Positions 16,714 to 27,375 of a DNA stretch of 60,129 nt are shown here, piece by piece. The notes beneath the pieces are model-generated. The model worked only from the letters and a program-made list of their open reading frames with translations, searched no databases and was not told the DNA's origin. Within the stretch, counting starts at the first letter, position 1, and every line of letters starts with the position of its first letter. A program made the translations under genes and the position numbers. This stretch comes from a bacterium (GTDB taxonomy: Bacteria > Patescibacteriota > Andersenbacteria > UBA10190), in the NCBI GenBank assembly GCA_030698495.1, contig JAUYKA010000007.1, positions 1-60,129 of the forward strand, in the 5' to 3' direction.

Positions 16714-19473
16714 ATGATTACACGGGAGGGTAAGGTGCAATCTAATAGTTTGGTAGACGGATATGTATTGCCGAAAGCGATGAGCGCGGCTTATTTAGAG
16801 CGTCAAGAAATGATAGCGCGGCAATTACGGGTACGCTTGGGGGAAGGATTGTCGGCGCGGGAGGCGAGGCGAAGGCTGATGTTAGGAGGTAATAACGAGA
16901 TACTGGAAAAGAAACGCTGGGTAGCGATGGAGATATTGTTTGATCGTCTGCGGGATCCATTGGTGCTTTTTTTGATGGCAGCCGTGCTTCTGTCGCTGTT
17001 GTTGCGGCACACGGGAGACGCGGTGGTAATAGCGGCGGCGATATTTGTTGATTTTATTTTAAGCTGGGTGCAGATTTGGCAAACGCAAAGGACATTGGCG
17101 CGATTAAACCAGCACACGCAGCAAACGGTGCGAGTATTGAGGGGTACTGTCATGAAAAAGGTGTACGCGCGTGACTTGGTCATAGGCGACGTGATTGAAT
17201 TAACGGATGGAGACCGGGTGCCGGCCGATGCGCGCGTAATCGCGTCCAGCGGTCTGCGCGTACGCGAAGCGGCATTAACGGGTGAAGCCGATGATGTTTT
17301 GAAGCAACCTCAATCGCTGAAAAGCCGAACGCCGTTAGGTAATCGAACGAATATGCTTTACTTGGGCACAACGGTGATGGCGGGCAGCGGCCGAGCTGTA
17401 GTTACGGCTACGGGAACGCGAACAGAGTTTGGGAAAATCGCCCAAATGCTTAAAACGCAGGAAGCGCCACCTTCTCCTTTGCGACGAAAATTGAGAACCA
17501 GCGGCTTAAAAATCGCCGGTTTAATTTTTATTAGCGTAGCGGCCATGGTGCTGCTGGATTTATGGCAGGGAGAATCTTTATTTAATAGTTTAAGAACGGC
17601 GGTGGCATTGATCGTAAGCGCTATTCCGGAAGATTTGACCATCATATTGACCATCGCTTTGACGGTGGGAGTAAACCGAATTTTGCGCAAAGGAGGACTA
17701 GTCAGGAACATGCAGGCTGGCGAGGCATTAGGAGCGGCAACCGTAATTTGCACCGATAAGACGGGGACACTGACAAGAGGAGACATGCGGGCGGAGGCTT
17801 TTTATATGCCGCAGGGAGAGCAAGTGACTTTAAATCAGCCGCCGCGCGGACCGGTGCAAGCACTGGCTTTAATCGGTTTGGCGTTGGCTTCGGACGCACA
17901 TCGGGCGCGACCGGATGCACTGAAGTATCTCGGTTCGGCTACCGAGAGGAGCGCGCTGGAATTCGTGGAGAAGTTTGGTTTTAATCAACAAAAATTACGG
18001 GAGAAATGGCGGCGGCGGGATTCCATTACGTTTAGCTCGGTATGGAAATACAGGGCATCTTTGCATGACCATCCGACTAACGAAACCAGAACTCTCTTTG
18101 TCAGCGGAGCGCCGGACGTGCTTTTAGCCAGAAGCAGTCAGACGATAAACGATAGGGATGAAATAGTCGGTATATCGGGTAAGTGCCGGCAGGAGTTGGA
18201 GGCGGAAATCAAAAAAATGGCGGCCGCGGGTACACGGATTTTGGCGGTGGCGTTGCGCAGCAACATGCGCAAAGACAACATTACACACCGGGATGTGAAT
18301 AATTTAACATTCGCGGGAGTACTCACTATTACCGACCCGATACGCGAGGAAGTCCGGCAGGCAGTGTGGGAAACCAAGTCGGCCGGCATAGCGGTTAAGC
18401 TGGTGACAGGTGATTATGAACCCACGGCAAGAGGAGTAGCACACCAGTTGGGCTTGGGAGCGACTGATGAAGAAGTACTGTCGGGAGAAATATTGGAATC
18501 TTTGAGCGACCAGGAGCTGGCGGAGGCGGTTGGTGCAGTAAATGTTTTCGCCCGGGTAAGCCCGCTTGATAAGAAGCGCATCGTCAGAGCATTGCAAAAA
18601 CAGGGGGAAGTAGTGGCAATGACGGGCGACGGCGTAAATGATGCCGTGGCTCTTAAAACGGCCGATATAGGGGTGGCAATGGGATCGGGTAAGGATGTTG
18701 CCAAGGACGCGGCCGATTTGGTGTTACTGGATGATAATTTCGCTACGATCGTGGCGGCAATAAAAGAGGGACGAGTGGTGCGGGACAACATTAGAAAAGT
18801 GATCGCTTTTTTGTTGTCCACCAATATGGCAGAGGTGGCTATATTCATCGCGAGCTTTTTAGCGCGAATGCCGCTGCCCCTGCTGCCGGCGCAAATTTTG
18901 TGGATTAATCTGGTGACGGACGGAACCAGCGACATGGCGCTGGCGCTGGAGAAACAGGAAAGCGACGTGATGAAGCGGGGGCCGGAACGTCCGGACGCGC
19001 CGCTGATCGACAGAGAGCTTTTTTTAAGAATCTTTTGGGCGGGTCTGGCTCTAACCGCGGCTACGATGGGTATTTATTGGTATCTATGGCACGTCATGCA
19101 AGCCGATTTGGCTTATGTGCGGACAATGACGTTTACTTTTCTGGCGGTGGCTTCCCTGCTTTCCACATGGAGCTATCGCTCTTTAAAAGGTTCTATGTTT
19201 AAGAAGGGATTGAGGCATAACTGGTGGCTGTTTGTCTCCGCCGGGTTTTCCATAAGCCTGCAGTTGGCGGCCATATACGTACCGGCGTTGCAGAAGTTTT
19301 TCGGCACGGTGCCGCTCTACAGAAATGATTGGCTGGTGGTGCTGGCTGTGGCTGTTATGACGGTAATTTTGATTGAATCGCGAAAATTGATAAAGGTTCC
19401 GGATAAACGACTGCCACGATTAAGACTTTGGCCAAGGATGCGACCGCATCGGACTAGTCATAATTATGACTAG
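16714..19473 (+). CDS. P-type cation-transporting ATPase (type II, Ca2+/Mg2+-like)
   Basis: 919 aa with the motifs TGE, the phosphorylation site CTDKTGTLT, TGDGVNDAVALK, and N- and C-terminal TM bundles. Confidence 0.92.
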   Translation: MITREGKVQSNSLVDGYVLPKAMSAAYLERQEMIARQLRVRLGEGLSAREARRRLMLGGNNEILEKKRWVAMEILFDRLRDPLVLFLMAAVLLSLLLRHTGDAVVIAAAIFVDFILSWVQIWQTQRTLARLNQHTQQTVRVLRGTVMKKVYARDLVIGDVIELTDGDRVPADARVIASSGLRVREAALTGEADDVLKQPQSLKSRTPLGNRTNMLYLGTTVMAGSGRAVVTATGTRTEFGKIAQMLKTQEAPPSPLRRKLRTSGLKIAGLIFISVAAMVLLDLWQGESLFNSLRTAVALIVSAIPEDLTIILTIALTVGVNRILRKGGLVRNMQAGEALGAATVICTDKTGTLTRGDMRAEAFYMPQGEQVTLNQPPRGPVQALALIGLALASDAHRARPDALKYLGSATERSALEFVEKFGFNQQKLREKWRRRDSITFSSVWKYRASLHDHPTNETRTLFVSGAPDVLLARSSQTINDRDEIVGISGKCRQELEAEIKKMAAAGTRILAVALRSNMRKDNITHRDVNNLTFAGVLTITDPIREEVRQAVWETKSAGIAVKLVTGDYEPTARGVAHQLGLGATDEEVLSGEILESLSDQELAEAVGAVNVFARVSPLDKKRIVRALQKQGEVVAMTGDGVNDAVALKTADIGVAMGSGKDVAKDAADLVLLDDNFATIVAAIKEGRVVRDNIRKVIAFLLSTNMAEVAIFIASFLARMPLPLLPAQILWINLVTDGTSDMALALEKQESDVMKRGPERPDAPLIDRELFLRIFWAGLALTAATMGIYWYLWHVMQADLAYVRTMTFTFLAVASLLSTWSYRSLKGSMFKKGLRHNWWLFVSAGFSISLQLAAIYVPALQKFFGTVPLYRNDWLVVLAVAVMTVILIESRKLIKVPDKRLPRLRLWPRMRPHRTSHNYD

Positions 19474-19831
19474 TCCGGCCAAAAAACAGGGTGATTTAGG
19501 CGAAGCATTGGCGCGACGCCATCTGGAAAATAAGGGAATGAGGTTTGTGCAGGCCAACTGGGGATGCAAGACGGGCGAGATTGATTTGATTATGAAAGAT
19601 GGTTCCACCTTGGTGTTCGTGGAAGTGAGGTTGCGTGCCGAGACTAAATATGGCGAAGGAGACGAAACGGTAGCGTGGCAGAAAATACGTAAGCTGATTC
19701 GGACGGCGCAATTTTGGCAGCAGGTAAACGATTATTGGGGAGATATTAGATTTGATGTGGTTTCTATCGGTGTAAAGACCGACGGCGGTTATGGCTTAAA
19801 ACACATTGAAGCGGCGTTTATGGAGGAGTAA
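19466..19831 (+). CDS. YraN-family (UPF0102) endonuclease-like protein
   Basis: 121 aa with G..GE..A...L...G........C..GEIDLIM.D...LVFVEV. It overlaps the ATPase stop by 8 nt. Confidence 0.8.
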   Translation: MTSPAKKQGDLGEALARRHLENKGMRFVQANWGCKTGEIDLIMKDGSTLVFVEVRLRAETKYGEGDETVAWQKIRKLIRTAQFWQQVNDYWGDIRFDVVSIGVKTDGGYGLKHIEAAFMEE

Positions 19832-19965
19832 ATTTATTACAGCCCAAAGAAGACTTGACGGTGAGGGGGCAGATGTAATACGATAAGAGTATCAGATTCC
19901 GCGGCGAGACCGCGGAATTGTTGTAAGGGGACGGGTAAAGGAATATTTATTGATAAAACAAAATC

Positions 19966-21168
19966 ATGGAAGAAGAATTGAATTTCGGGACAGCGGTAGA
20001 GCAGTTAATTGCCGAGAAGGGAATTAGCAAGGAAAAAGTGCTGGAAACTATTGAAGCGGCTCTAGCGGCGGCTTACCGCAAAGATTACGGCGAACGCGGT
20101 CAGGATATCCGGGCCGAATTTAACGAAGATGACGGCTCCGCGCGAGTGTTTAAGGTAATGACAGTAACGGCCGATGAGGAGATAGAGAATTTGGCGGCGC
20201 AGGTGGCTTTATCCGAAGCGAAGAAAAATGATAAGGAAGCGGAGGTTGGAAAAGAATACGTGGAAGAGGTAACGCCGGATGATCCGCACTACGGACGGGT
20301 GGCGGCGCAAACGGCTAAGCAGGTGATTATCCAGCGCATCAGGGAAGCGGAGCGGGAAGCGGTATTTGAGGAGTACAAAGACAAAGAAGGAGAAATTATT
20401 TCCGGAATCGTACAGCGCATTGAAGGCGATATGGTTTTTGTTGATATCGGGCGAACGACCGGCATCCTATTTCCCAGCGAACAAGTGCGCGGCGAGCGTT
20501 ATCGTGTTAATCAGCGCATTAGAGTTTACGTGGTGAAGGTGGAATTGAGCAGTCGCGGACCGGAGATTTTGTTATCCCGCAGTCATCCGGGCATGCTGCG
20601 CCGGCTGTTTGAATTGGAGGTGCCGGAAATTTTTGCCGGCAGCGTGGAAATTAAAGGTATTGCCCGCGAAGCGGCAGAACGCTCTAAAGTGGCGGTTTGG
20701 GCCAAGGAAGAAGGTATTGATCCGGTAGGAGCGTGTATCGGCCAGCGAGGAACCCGTATTCAGACAATTATTGCGGAGTTGTCGGGAGAAAAAATTGACA
20801 TTATCCAGTGGGACGAGGATCCGGCCAGGTATGTAGCTAATTCTTTGTCGCCGGCGCGGGTGATTGCGGTTGATATTTTTGAGGGAGAAAAGCGAGCGGT
20901 GGCACACGTGGACGAGATGCAGTTGAGTTTGGCTATCGGCAAGCGTGGACAAAATGTGCGTTTGGCGGCGAAGCTGACCGGCTGGCGGATTGATATCGTC
21001 AAGGCGGGCAATGAGGAGGCCGTGGAAGCGGGAGCCAGCCCGGAGGAAGCAGATGCCCCAAAAACAGAGACCGAACAAGAGATTAAGAAAGAAGCAACAG
21101 TAACGGAAGAGAAGGCAGAAGAAGCTGTTGAGGAAGATGTTTCTGAAGATTCGGAGAAAAAGAGCTAG
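19966..21168 (+). CDS. nusA: Transcription termination/antitermination factor NusA with an acidic tail
   Basis: N-terminal domain, S1 domain (GEIISGIVQRIEGDMVFVDIG) and two KH domains (GACIGQRGTRIQ, AIGKRGQNVRLA). Confidence 0.92.
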   Translation: MEEELNFGTAVEQLIAEKGISKEKVLETIEAALAAAYRKDYGERGQDIRAEFNEDDGSARVFKVMTVTADEEIENLAAQVALSEAKKNDKEAEVGKEYVEEVTPDDPHYGRVAAQTAKQVIIQRIREAEREAVFEEYKDKEGEIISGIVQRIEGDMVFVDIGRTTGILFPSEQVRGERYRVNQRIRVYVVKVELSSRGPEILLSRSHPGMLRRLFELEVPEIFAGSVEIKGIAREAAERSKVAVWAKEEGIDPVGACIGQRGTRIQTIIAELSGEKIDIIQWDEDPARYVANSLSPARVIAVDIFEGEKRAVAHVDEMQLSLAIGKRGQNVRLAAKLTGWRIDIVKAGNEEAVEAGASPEEADAPKTETEQEIKKEATVTEEKAEEAVEEDVSEDSEKKS

Positions 21169-21270
21169 TCATAACCTTCCCTTTTGCGGAGTACATTGGC
21201 TTGCCTAAATATCATTTCTGGCTTACAAAATAGGAAATAATACTTTTCTTATTTTTTCATACTAAATATT

Positions 21271-23259
21271 ATGCAGTACGAATATTGGGTGATTGGCGCG
21301 GCTGTGCTGGCGCTGGCGTATGCGGCCTGGCAAGCGCGGTTAATTGCTGTCAAGCAAGTAACTGATAAAAAGGCCGGCGAAATTGCTCAAGCGATCAGAG
21401 AAGGGGCGATGGCTTTTCTGGCGCGCGAATATCGAGTGCTGGCGATTGTGGTGGTGATTGTGGCTTTTTTGATGTGGCTGACACGCTTTGTTGGATCAAC
21501 CGAGCAAACTATCGCGCCGCAGACAATTATGGCGTTTATAATCGGTGCAGTGCTGTCGGTGGCGGCCGGTAATATGGGAATGAGGATAGCTACGCTGGCT
21601 AATGTTAGAACAGCGGAAGCAGTTAAAAAGAGTATGGGCAACGGCTTGGCGGTGGCCTTTTCTTCGGGAGCCGTAATGGGGATGACAGTGGTTGGTCTGG
21701 GACTACTTGGCGTTACGCTGTTGTGGCTTTGGTTTGGTAATCCCACTTTAATTTACGGATTTGGTTTTGGCGCGTCAGCGGTTGCTCTGTTTGCCCGAGT
21801 AGGCGGCGGAATTTACACCAAGGCGGCTGACGTGGGCGCTGATTTGGTCGGAAAGATAGAACAGAACATACCGGAAGATGATCCTAGAAATCCGGCGGTA
21901 ATTGCTGATAACGTAGGTGATAATGTCGGCGACGTGGCCGGTATGGGCGCTGATCTGTTTGAAAGCTACGTGGATACGTTAATTGCCGCTATGGTACTGG
22001 GACTAGTGGCGTTGCCTACTTTTGGCAGTTACGGCGTTATCTATCCTTTGGGCTTGGCGGCAATCGGCATTATAGCCAGCTTGGTTGGTGTTAACGCGGT
22101 GCGTACCAATGATGAAAGTAAGATTAGCAGCAGTTTCAATCGCGGTATTTTTCTAGCCGGAGGCTTAATGGTTGTTGGTTCTTGGTTTTGGACAAATTAT
22201 TTGTTCCGGGCACTGCCTCTGTTTTGGACGGTAGTTACAGGATTAGTGGCGGGCATTATTATCGGATTAGTTACGGAATACTACACGAGTCACGATAAGG
22301 CGCCAACACGTCAAGTGGCGCACGCGGCTAAAACCGGAGCGGCTACGAACATTATCAGCGGCTTGTCGCTGGGAATGTTTTCTACGGCAGTGCCGGTTTT
22401 AGTAGTAGCGGCCGCGATATTAATCTCTTATTGGCTGGCGGGTATTTACGGTATTGCCATTGCGGCTGTGGGAATGTTATCGACGCTGGGAATTACACTG
22501 GCGAGCGATACTTACGGTCCGGTGGCCGATAACGCGGCAGGCATTGCGGAGATGGCCGGTATGGGGGAAGAAACCAGAAAGAGGGCGGAGTCTTTGGACG
22601 CAGTTGGAAACACCACGGCGGCTATCGGTAAAGGCTTCGCGATAGGATCGGCGGCACTGACAGCCTTGGCATTGTTAGTCAGTTATATAACAGTAGCGAA
22701 GATAGGCAGCGTTGATGTAATCCATCCTAAAGTGATGGTGGGGTTGTTTATCGGCGGCGCTTTACCTTTTTTGTTTTCCGCTTTCTCGATGCAAGCGGTC
22801 GGCAAGTCGGCAATGAAAATGGTTGAGGAAGTACGCCGACAATTTAAAGAAATTCCCGGATTGATGGCGGGTACGGCCAAGCCGGATTATAAGAGAAGCG
22901 TGGACATTGCCACGACAGCGGCTCTGCATGAGATGGTTCTTCCGGGAATATTGGTGATTGCCGTGCCGATTGTGGTTGGCTTTACGTTGGGAGCAGAAGC
23001 TTTGGGCGGACTTTTGGCCGGCAGTATTGTGACGGGGTTCCTGCTGGCAGTAATGATGGCAAATGCCGGCGGAGCCTGGGATAACGCGAAGAAATATATA
23101 GAAGCGGGTAATTTGGGCGGCAAGGGATCAGATACGCATAAGGCAGCGGTTATAGGCGATACGGTTGGCGATCCGTTTAAGGATACGTCGGGACCGAGCC
23201 TGAACATTCTGATTAAGTTAATGTCCATTGTGGCGTTGATTATAGCGCCGCTGTTGTAA
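21271..23259 (+). CDS. hppA: Membrane-bound proton/sodium-translocating pyrophosphatase
   Basis: 662 aa, polytopic, with the motifs [27 protein letters not shown] and [11 protein letters not shown]. Confidence 0.93.
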   Translation: MQYEYWVIGAAVLALAYAAWQARLIAVKQVTDKKAGEIAQAIREGAMAFLAREYRVLAIVVVIVAFLMWLTRFVGSTEQTIAPQTIMAFIIGAVLSVAAGNMGMRIATLANVRTAEAVKKSMGNGLAVAFSSGAVMGMTVVGLGLLGVTLLWLWFGNPTLIYGFGFGASAVALFARVGGGIYTKAADVGADLVGKIEQNIPEDDPRNPAVIADNVGDNVGDVAGMGADLFESYVDTLIAAMVLGLVALPTFGSYGVIYPLGLAAIGIIASLVGVNAVRTNDESKISSSFNRGIFLAGGLMVVGSWFWTNYLFRALPLFWTVVTGLVAGIIIGLVTEYYTSHDKAPTRQVAHAAKTGAATNIISGLSLGMFSTAVPVLVVAAAILISYWLAGIYGIAIAAVGMLSTLGITLASDTYGPVADNAAGIAEMAGMGEETRKRAESLDAVGNTTAAIGKGFAIGSAALTALALLVSYITVAKIGSVDVIHPKVMVGLFIGGALPFLFSAFSMQAVGKSAMKMVEEVRRQFKEIPGLMAGTAKPDYKRSVDIATTAALHEMVLPGILVIAVPIVVGFTLGAEALGGLLAGSIVTGFLLAVMMANAGGAWDNAKKYIEAGNLGGKGSDTHKAAVIGDTVGDPFKDTSGPSLNILIKLMSIVALIIAPLL

Positions 23260-23377
23260 ATGCAAAATGCAAAAATCAAAAATCAAAATGATATTTTAAA
23301 ATTTGCATTGTCGTAAAAATAATATTTTTTATTTGTCATTTTGCGTTTTGCAGTTTACATTTTGAATTACTGTATTT

Positions 23378-24688
23378 ATGAACGTTGAAATTAAACCAAT
23401 TAAAGAGAAGTCGCAGGTGGAGCTTAAAATTAAGGCTTCGGCGGACGAGTTAAAGCCTTATTTGACGCGAGCGGCGAGTAAGCTGTCCCAGGATAAGCCT
23501 TTGAAGGGATTTCGGCCGGGCAAGGCGCCGCTAAAAGTAGTAATGGAGGTTATGGGTAAGGAGAGAGTGCTGTCAGAGGCGCTGGATAGGGCTCTACCAC
23601 GATTTTTTGTGGAAGCGCTGTTGGATCATGATATTGAGGCTTTGGGACGTCCGGCGACTACAATTGATGAGCTGGATATGGATAAGGGATTGGCTTTTAC
23701 GGCGATTGTGGACGTGATGCCCGAAGTCACGGCCGGGGATGTTAGTGTCATAAAAGCCCAGCGGCACAGGGTGGAAGTGACTGATGGGGCACTTGATAAA
23801 GAGTTGAAGTATTTAGCCAAAACGCGCAGTACTTTTTTGGAAGTAGCGCGGCCGGCGCAAGAGGGTGATACGGTGACGGTTGATTTTAAGGTTAGTATGG
23901 ACGGCCAGGCCATGAAGGGCGGCGAAAGTAAAAATCATCCCGTTCACATCGGTGAAGGGCATTTCGTACCCGGTTTCGAGGAGAAAATAAAGGGAATACA
24001 GGCCGGCGACGAACGAGAGTTTGATATTACTTTCCCGCCGGACTTTTCTAATAAAGAGTTGCAAGGTAAACAAGCGCACGTGTGGGTAAAAGCGCACGCG
24101 GTGCAAAAACGGGTTATACCGGCAATTAACGACGAGTTCGCGAAGAAAGTGGGGAAGTTTACCGGTTTGGATAATTTAAAAGAGGAGATGAAGAAGAACT
24201 TGTTAGCGGAGAAAGAGCGCAAGGAGCGAGAGAGGATTTGGGGTGAATTAATGCAGCAACTGGCGATGTCATCCAGCTTCGGCGCTATTCCGGAGAGTTT
24301 AATTGAAAGAGAGATAGACCATCGCCTGGAAGAGCTGGCGCAACTGTTGTCTTACCAAAATAAGACTGTCGCGGATTATTTGAGCGAGCAGAAAAAAGAT
24401 ATAAAGCAGGTAAGAGACGAGTTGCGCGAGGAGGCGGTCAAAAGCGTTAAAACCAGTTTGGCTCTGCGCGCTTTTGCCGACCAAGAAAAGATTGAGGCGA
24501 CGGATGAGGAGATAGAACGCGAAGTGCAAAATTATCTGAACAGATACCCGTCGGCGGAAGAGGCGAAGAAGCAAGTAAACGAGGAGCGTCTGCGGCAGGA
24601 AGTTAAAAGCTTACTGCGCAATCAAAAGACCTTGCAACTGTTAGAAGAGAAGGCGGAGATTACGGATATAAATAAAGTCTCTGAATAA
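23378..24688 (+). CDS. tig: Trigger factor
   Basis: 436 aa with an N-terminal ribosome-binding motif (GFRPGKAP), a central FKBP-like PPIase segment and a C-terminal helical arm. Confidence 0.9.
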   Translation: MNVEIKPIKEKSQVELKIKASADELKPYLTRAASKLSQDKPLKGFRPGKAPLKVVMEVMGKERVLSEALDRALPRFFVEALLDHDIEALGRPATTIDELDMDKGLAFTAIVDVMPEVTAGDVSVIKAQRHRVEVTDGALDKELKYLAKTRSTFLEVARPAQEGDTVTVDFKVSMDGQAMKGGESKNHPVHIGEGHFVPGFEEKIKGIQAGDEREFDITFPPDFSNKELQGKQAHVWVKAHAVQKRVIPAINDEFAKKVGKFTGLDNLKEEMKKNLLAEKERKERERIWGELMQQLAMSSSFGAIPESLIEREIDHRLEELAQLLSYQNKTVADYLSEQKKDIKQVRDELREEAVKSVKTSLALRAFADQEKIEATDEEIEREVQNYLNRYPSAEEAKKQVNEERLRQEVKSLLRNQKTLQLLEEKAEITDINKVSE

Positions 24689-24737
24689 AATTTTGAAGTT
24701 GTGAATTGGATAAGGTTGGGCTATGGGCAAGGTTAAT

Positions 24738-24796
24738 AATTTTCAATTATCCAGCCGTCGCTTAGGAGCTATGGCCGGCGCGGCAATTTCCAATTT
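24738..24796. repeat. 59-nt hairpin repeat (intergenic copy) with the CGTCGCT-N-GCTATGG core
   Basis: AATTTTCAAT..TCCAGCCGTCGCTTAGGAGCTATGGCCGGCGCGGCAATTTCCAATTT. A near-identical copy lies at 27733-27791 inside nfo. Confidence 0.85.
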
Positions 24797-25007
24797 TCAT
24801 TGAAATTTCAATGATTCAATTGGCAAACATTACAACCGATGTTATGAGGCTTATGGCATGTATTAGTTAATATTTGATTATTGAAAATTGGTAATTAAAT
24901 GGAAATTGAAAATTGTAAATTGGAAATTTTGTCAGCTGATTACTCTCCACTTCAAGTGATTTTGCGGTATATTAATATAAGAAGATTGTTTATCTATAAT
25001 TTTTATT

Positions 25008-25592
25008 ATGAGTTATCTAATACCCACGGTTTTGGAAAAATCGCAATACGGCGAGCGGGCTTATGATATTTATTCCCGTTTGCTGAAAGAGAGAATTATT
25101 TTCATCGGCGGAGCGATTAATGATGAGGTGGCCAATGTTATTATCGCCCAGCTGATCTTTTTGGAACATGAGGATCCTAAAAAAGACATTAGGCTTTATA
25201 TCAACTCCCCCGGTGGCGTAGTGACGGCCGGATTGGCAATTTACGATACGATGCAATTTATTCAACCGGCCGTATCGACAATTTGCGTGGGTATGGCGGC
25301 CAGTATGGGAGCGGTTTTACTGGCCGGCGGCGCGAAGGGCAAACGCTTGATTTTACCGAATGCGGAAGTAATGGTGCATCAGGTTATGGGCGGTGCCGAG
25401 GGGCAGGCTTCGGATATAGAAATAAGCGCCCGCCATATTTTGCAAATGAAAGACCGACTGAACAAGATTTTAGCCGCACATACCGGACAGCCACTAAAAA
25501 AAGTGGAAAAAGATACGGATCGGGATTATTATATGTCTGCAGAGGAAGCGAAAGAATACAAGATTATTGATGATATTGTTAAAAAGGCTTAA
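25008..25592 (+). CDS. clpP: ATP-dependent Clp protease proteolytic subunit
   Basis: 194 aa with [14 protein letters not shown], the Ser-His-Asp context GMAASMG and MVHQ. Confidence 0.96.
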   Translation: MSYLIPTVLEKSQYGERAYDIYSRLLKERIIFIGGAINDEVANVIIAQLIFLEHEDPKKDIRLYINSPGGVVTAGLAIYDTMQFIQPAVSTICVGMAASMGAVLLAGGAKGKRLILPNAEVMVHQVMGGAEGQASDIEISARHILQMKDRLNKILAAHTGQPLKKVEKDTDRDYYMSAEEAKEYKIIDDIVKKA

Positions 25593-25715
25593 GTAGAGCT
25601 ATTTCTTAGCTGACTCGGGGCAAAATCTGTTTGGGTTTTGCCTGGAAGTTTAATTGATAATACCCTTTCTAAAGCATGGTAAGAACAGCTTGGGGGGAAC
25701 AAAGGAATATGAGAT

Positions 25716-27245
25716 ATGTCAGTAGTGTTTATAATTTTGGCCGCAGTAGCTGCGGCCGTACTTGGCGCGGTAGGCGGATACGCTTTTCGGCGACAGTATG
25801 GCGCCAGGCAAGCACAGTCGCTTGAACAAAAAATTGAGCACAAGCTCAAAGCGGCTAAGGAAAAATTAACGGAATTACGCCAACAGGCCGAGAAGGAAAC
25901 GGCTAAATTCCGTGCGGACAGCGAACAAGAGTTGGACAGGCGCCGTAAGCAAATTATAGAGCTGGAGCAAAGAGTGGCGGATCGCGAGGAACAGCTGTCG
26001 GCCAAGCTGGAGCAAATAGAGAAAGAAGACCGCGAGATTAAAGAACATACCCAGAACCTAAAAACCAAGGAAGAAAAACTGGATAGCTTGCGAGCGGAAG
26101 AGGAGAAAAAAATGGCGGAGATTTCAGGGCTAACCAGCGATCAGGCGGCTGCCAGAGTGATGGAGTTGGCTGAACAGCGTACTAAAGAGGAGATTGTGCG
26201 GCGGGTGCGTAAAATGGAACAGGAAGGCGAAAAGCAACTGGAAGAAAAAGCTAAGGGGATTTTGGCTACCATTATTCAGCGCTATGCTTCTTCCCATGTG
26301 GCGGAAACAAGCACGTCGCACGTGACGGTTAACGACGAAAGTATGATTGGTCGGGTTATAGGAAAAGAAGGGCGTAATATTCAGCACCTGGAACGCCTAA
26401 CGGGCTGTGAAATAATTATCGACGAGGCGCCGAATTCGATTACTATTTCCTGTTTTTCGCCGATAAGGCGGCAGGTGGCAAAGAACGCCCTGGAACAGCT
26501 GTTGCGTGATGGGCGCATTCATCCGGGCCGGATTGAAGAAGTGGTAGAGGAAGCTAAAAAACATATTAACGAGGATATTCGTGAAGCCGGCGAAGCGGTG
26601 GTTTATGATCTTGGTATTATCGATTTCCCGGAGAAGCTGGTACAGCTTTTGGGGCGATTAAAATACCGCACCAGCTACAGGCAAAATATGCTCAAGCACA
26701 GCTGGGAAGCGGCGCACATTGCCACTATGCTGGCGGAAGAGCTGGGAGCGGATCCGATGATTGCTAAGAAGGCGACATTGCTGCACGATATCGGCAAAGC
26801 GATTGACCATGACGTGGAAGGCACCCATGTGGAAATAGGCGAGAAAGTAATGCGCAAATTCGGCATTGATGAGAAGATAATAAGAGCGGCATCGGCACAC
26901 CATGGCGACTACCCGTTTGATACAGCCGAGGCTATTATCGTACAAGTGGCAGACGCGGTGTCGGCGGCGCGGCCGGGAGCCAGGCGGGAGAGTTTGGAAC
27001 AATATGTTAAACGAATGGAAGATTTGGAAAATATCGCGACGGCTCAACCGGGGGTGGAAAAGGCGTATGCCATTCACGCCGGCAGAGAAATTCGGGTTTT
27101 TGTGACGCCAACAGAGATAGATGATTTGGCAGCGATAAAGATGGCGCAGGAAATAGCCCGGCAGATTGAGGCGGAAATGACTTATCCGGGGGATATAAAG
27201 GTTAATGTTATTAGGGAGACACGAGCGGAAGCGAAAGCGCGCTAA
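25716..27245 (+). CDS. rny: Ribonuclease Y
   Basis: N-terminal TM helix, a long coiled coil, a KH domain (GRVIGKEGRNIQ) and an HD domain (LLHDIGKA...). Confidence 0.92.
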   Translation: MSVVFIILAAVAAAVLGAVGGYAFRRQYGARQAQSLEQKIEHKLKAAKEKLTELRQQAEKETAKFRADSEQELDRRRKQIIELEQRVADREEQLSAKLEQIEKEDREIKEHTQNLKTKEEKLDSLRAEEEKKMAEISGLTSDQAAARVMELAEQRTKEEIVRRVRKMEQEGEKQLEEKAKGILATIIQRYASSHVAETSTSHVTVNDESMIGRVIGKEGRNIQHLERLTGCEIIIDEAPNSITISCFSPIRRQVAKNALEQLLRDGRIHPGRIEEVVEEAKKHINEDIREAGEAVVYDLGIIDFPEKLVQLLGRLKYRTSYRQNMLKHSWEAAHIATMLAEELGADPMIAKKATLLHDIGKAIDHDVEGTHVEIGEKVMRKFGIDEKIIRAASAHHGDYPFDTAEAIIVQVADAVSAARPGARRESLEQYVKRMEDLENIATAQPGVEKAYAIHAGREIRVFVTPTEIDDLAAIKMAQEIARQIEAEMTYPGDIKVNVIRETRAEAKAR

Positions 27246-27246
27246 T

Positions 27247-27364
27247 CAGCGAGGACAGTGAATACAGTAAATACAGCAAGGTCAGCCCATTAATATATTG
27301 AGGGGCGAGGAAAGTGAATACAGTGACTGTATTTACTGAATTTACTGTATTTACTGTTCTCGCT
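27247..27364. repeat. Word-built intergenic palindrome, 'TAAATACAG' dialect
   Basis: CAGCGAGGACAGTGAATACAGTAAATACAG ... CTGTATTTACTGAATTTACTGTATTTACTGTTCTCGCT, between rny and nfo. Confidence 0.7.
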
Positions 27365-27375
27365 ATTATTTAGAT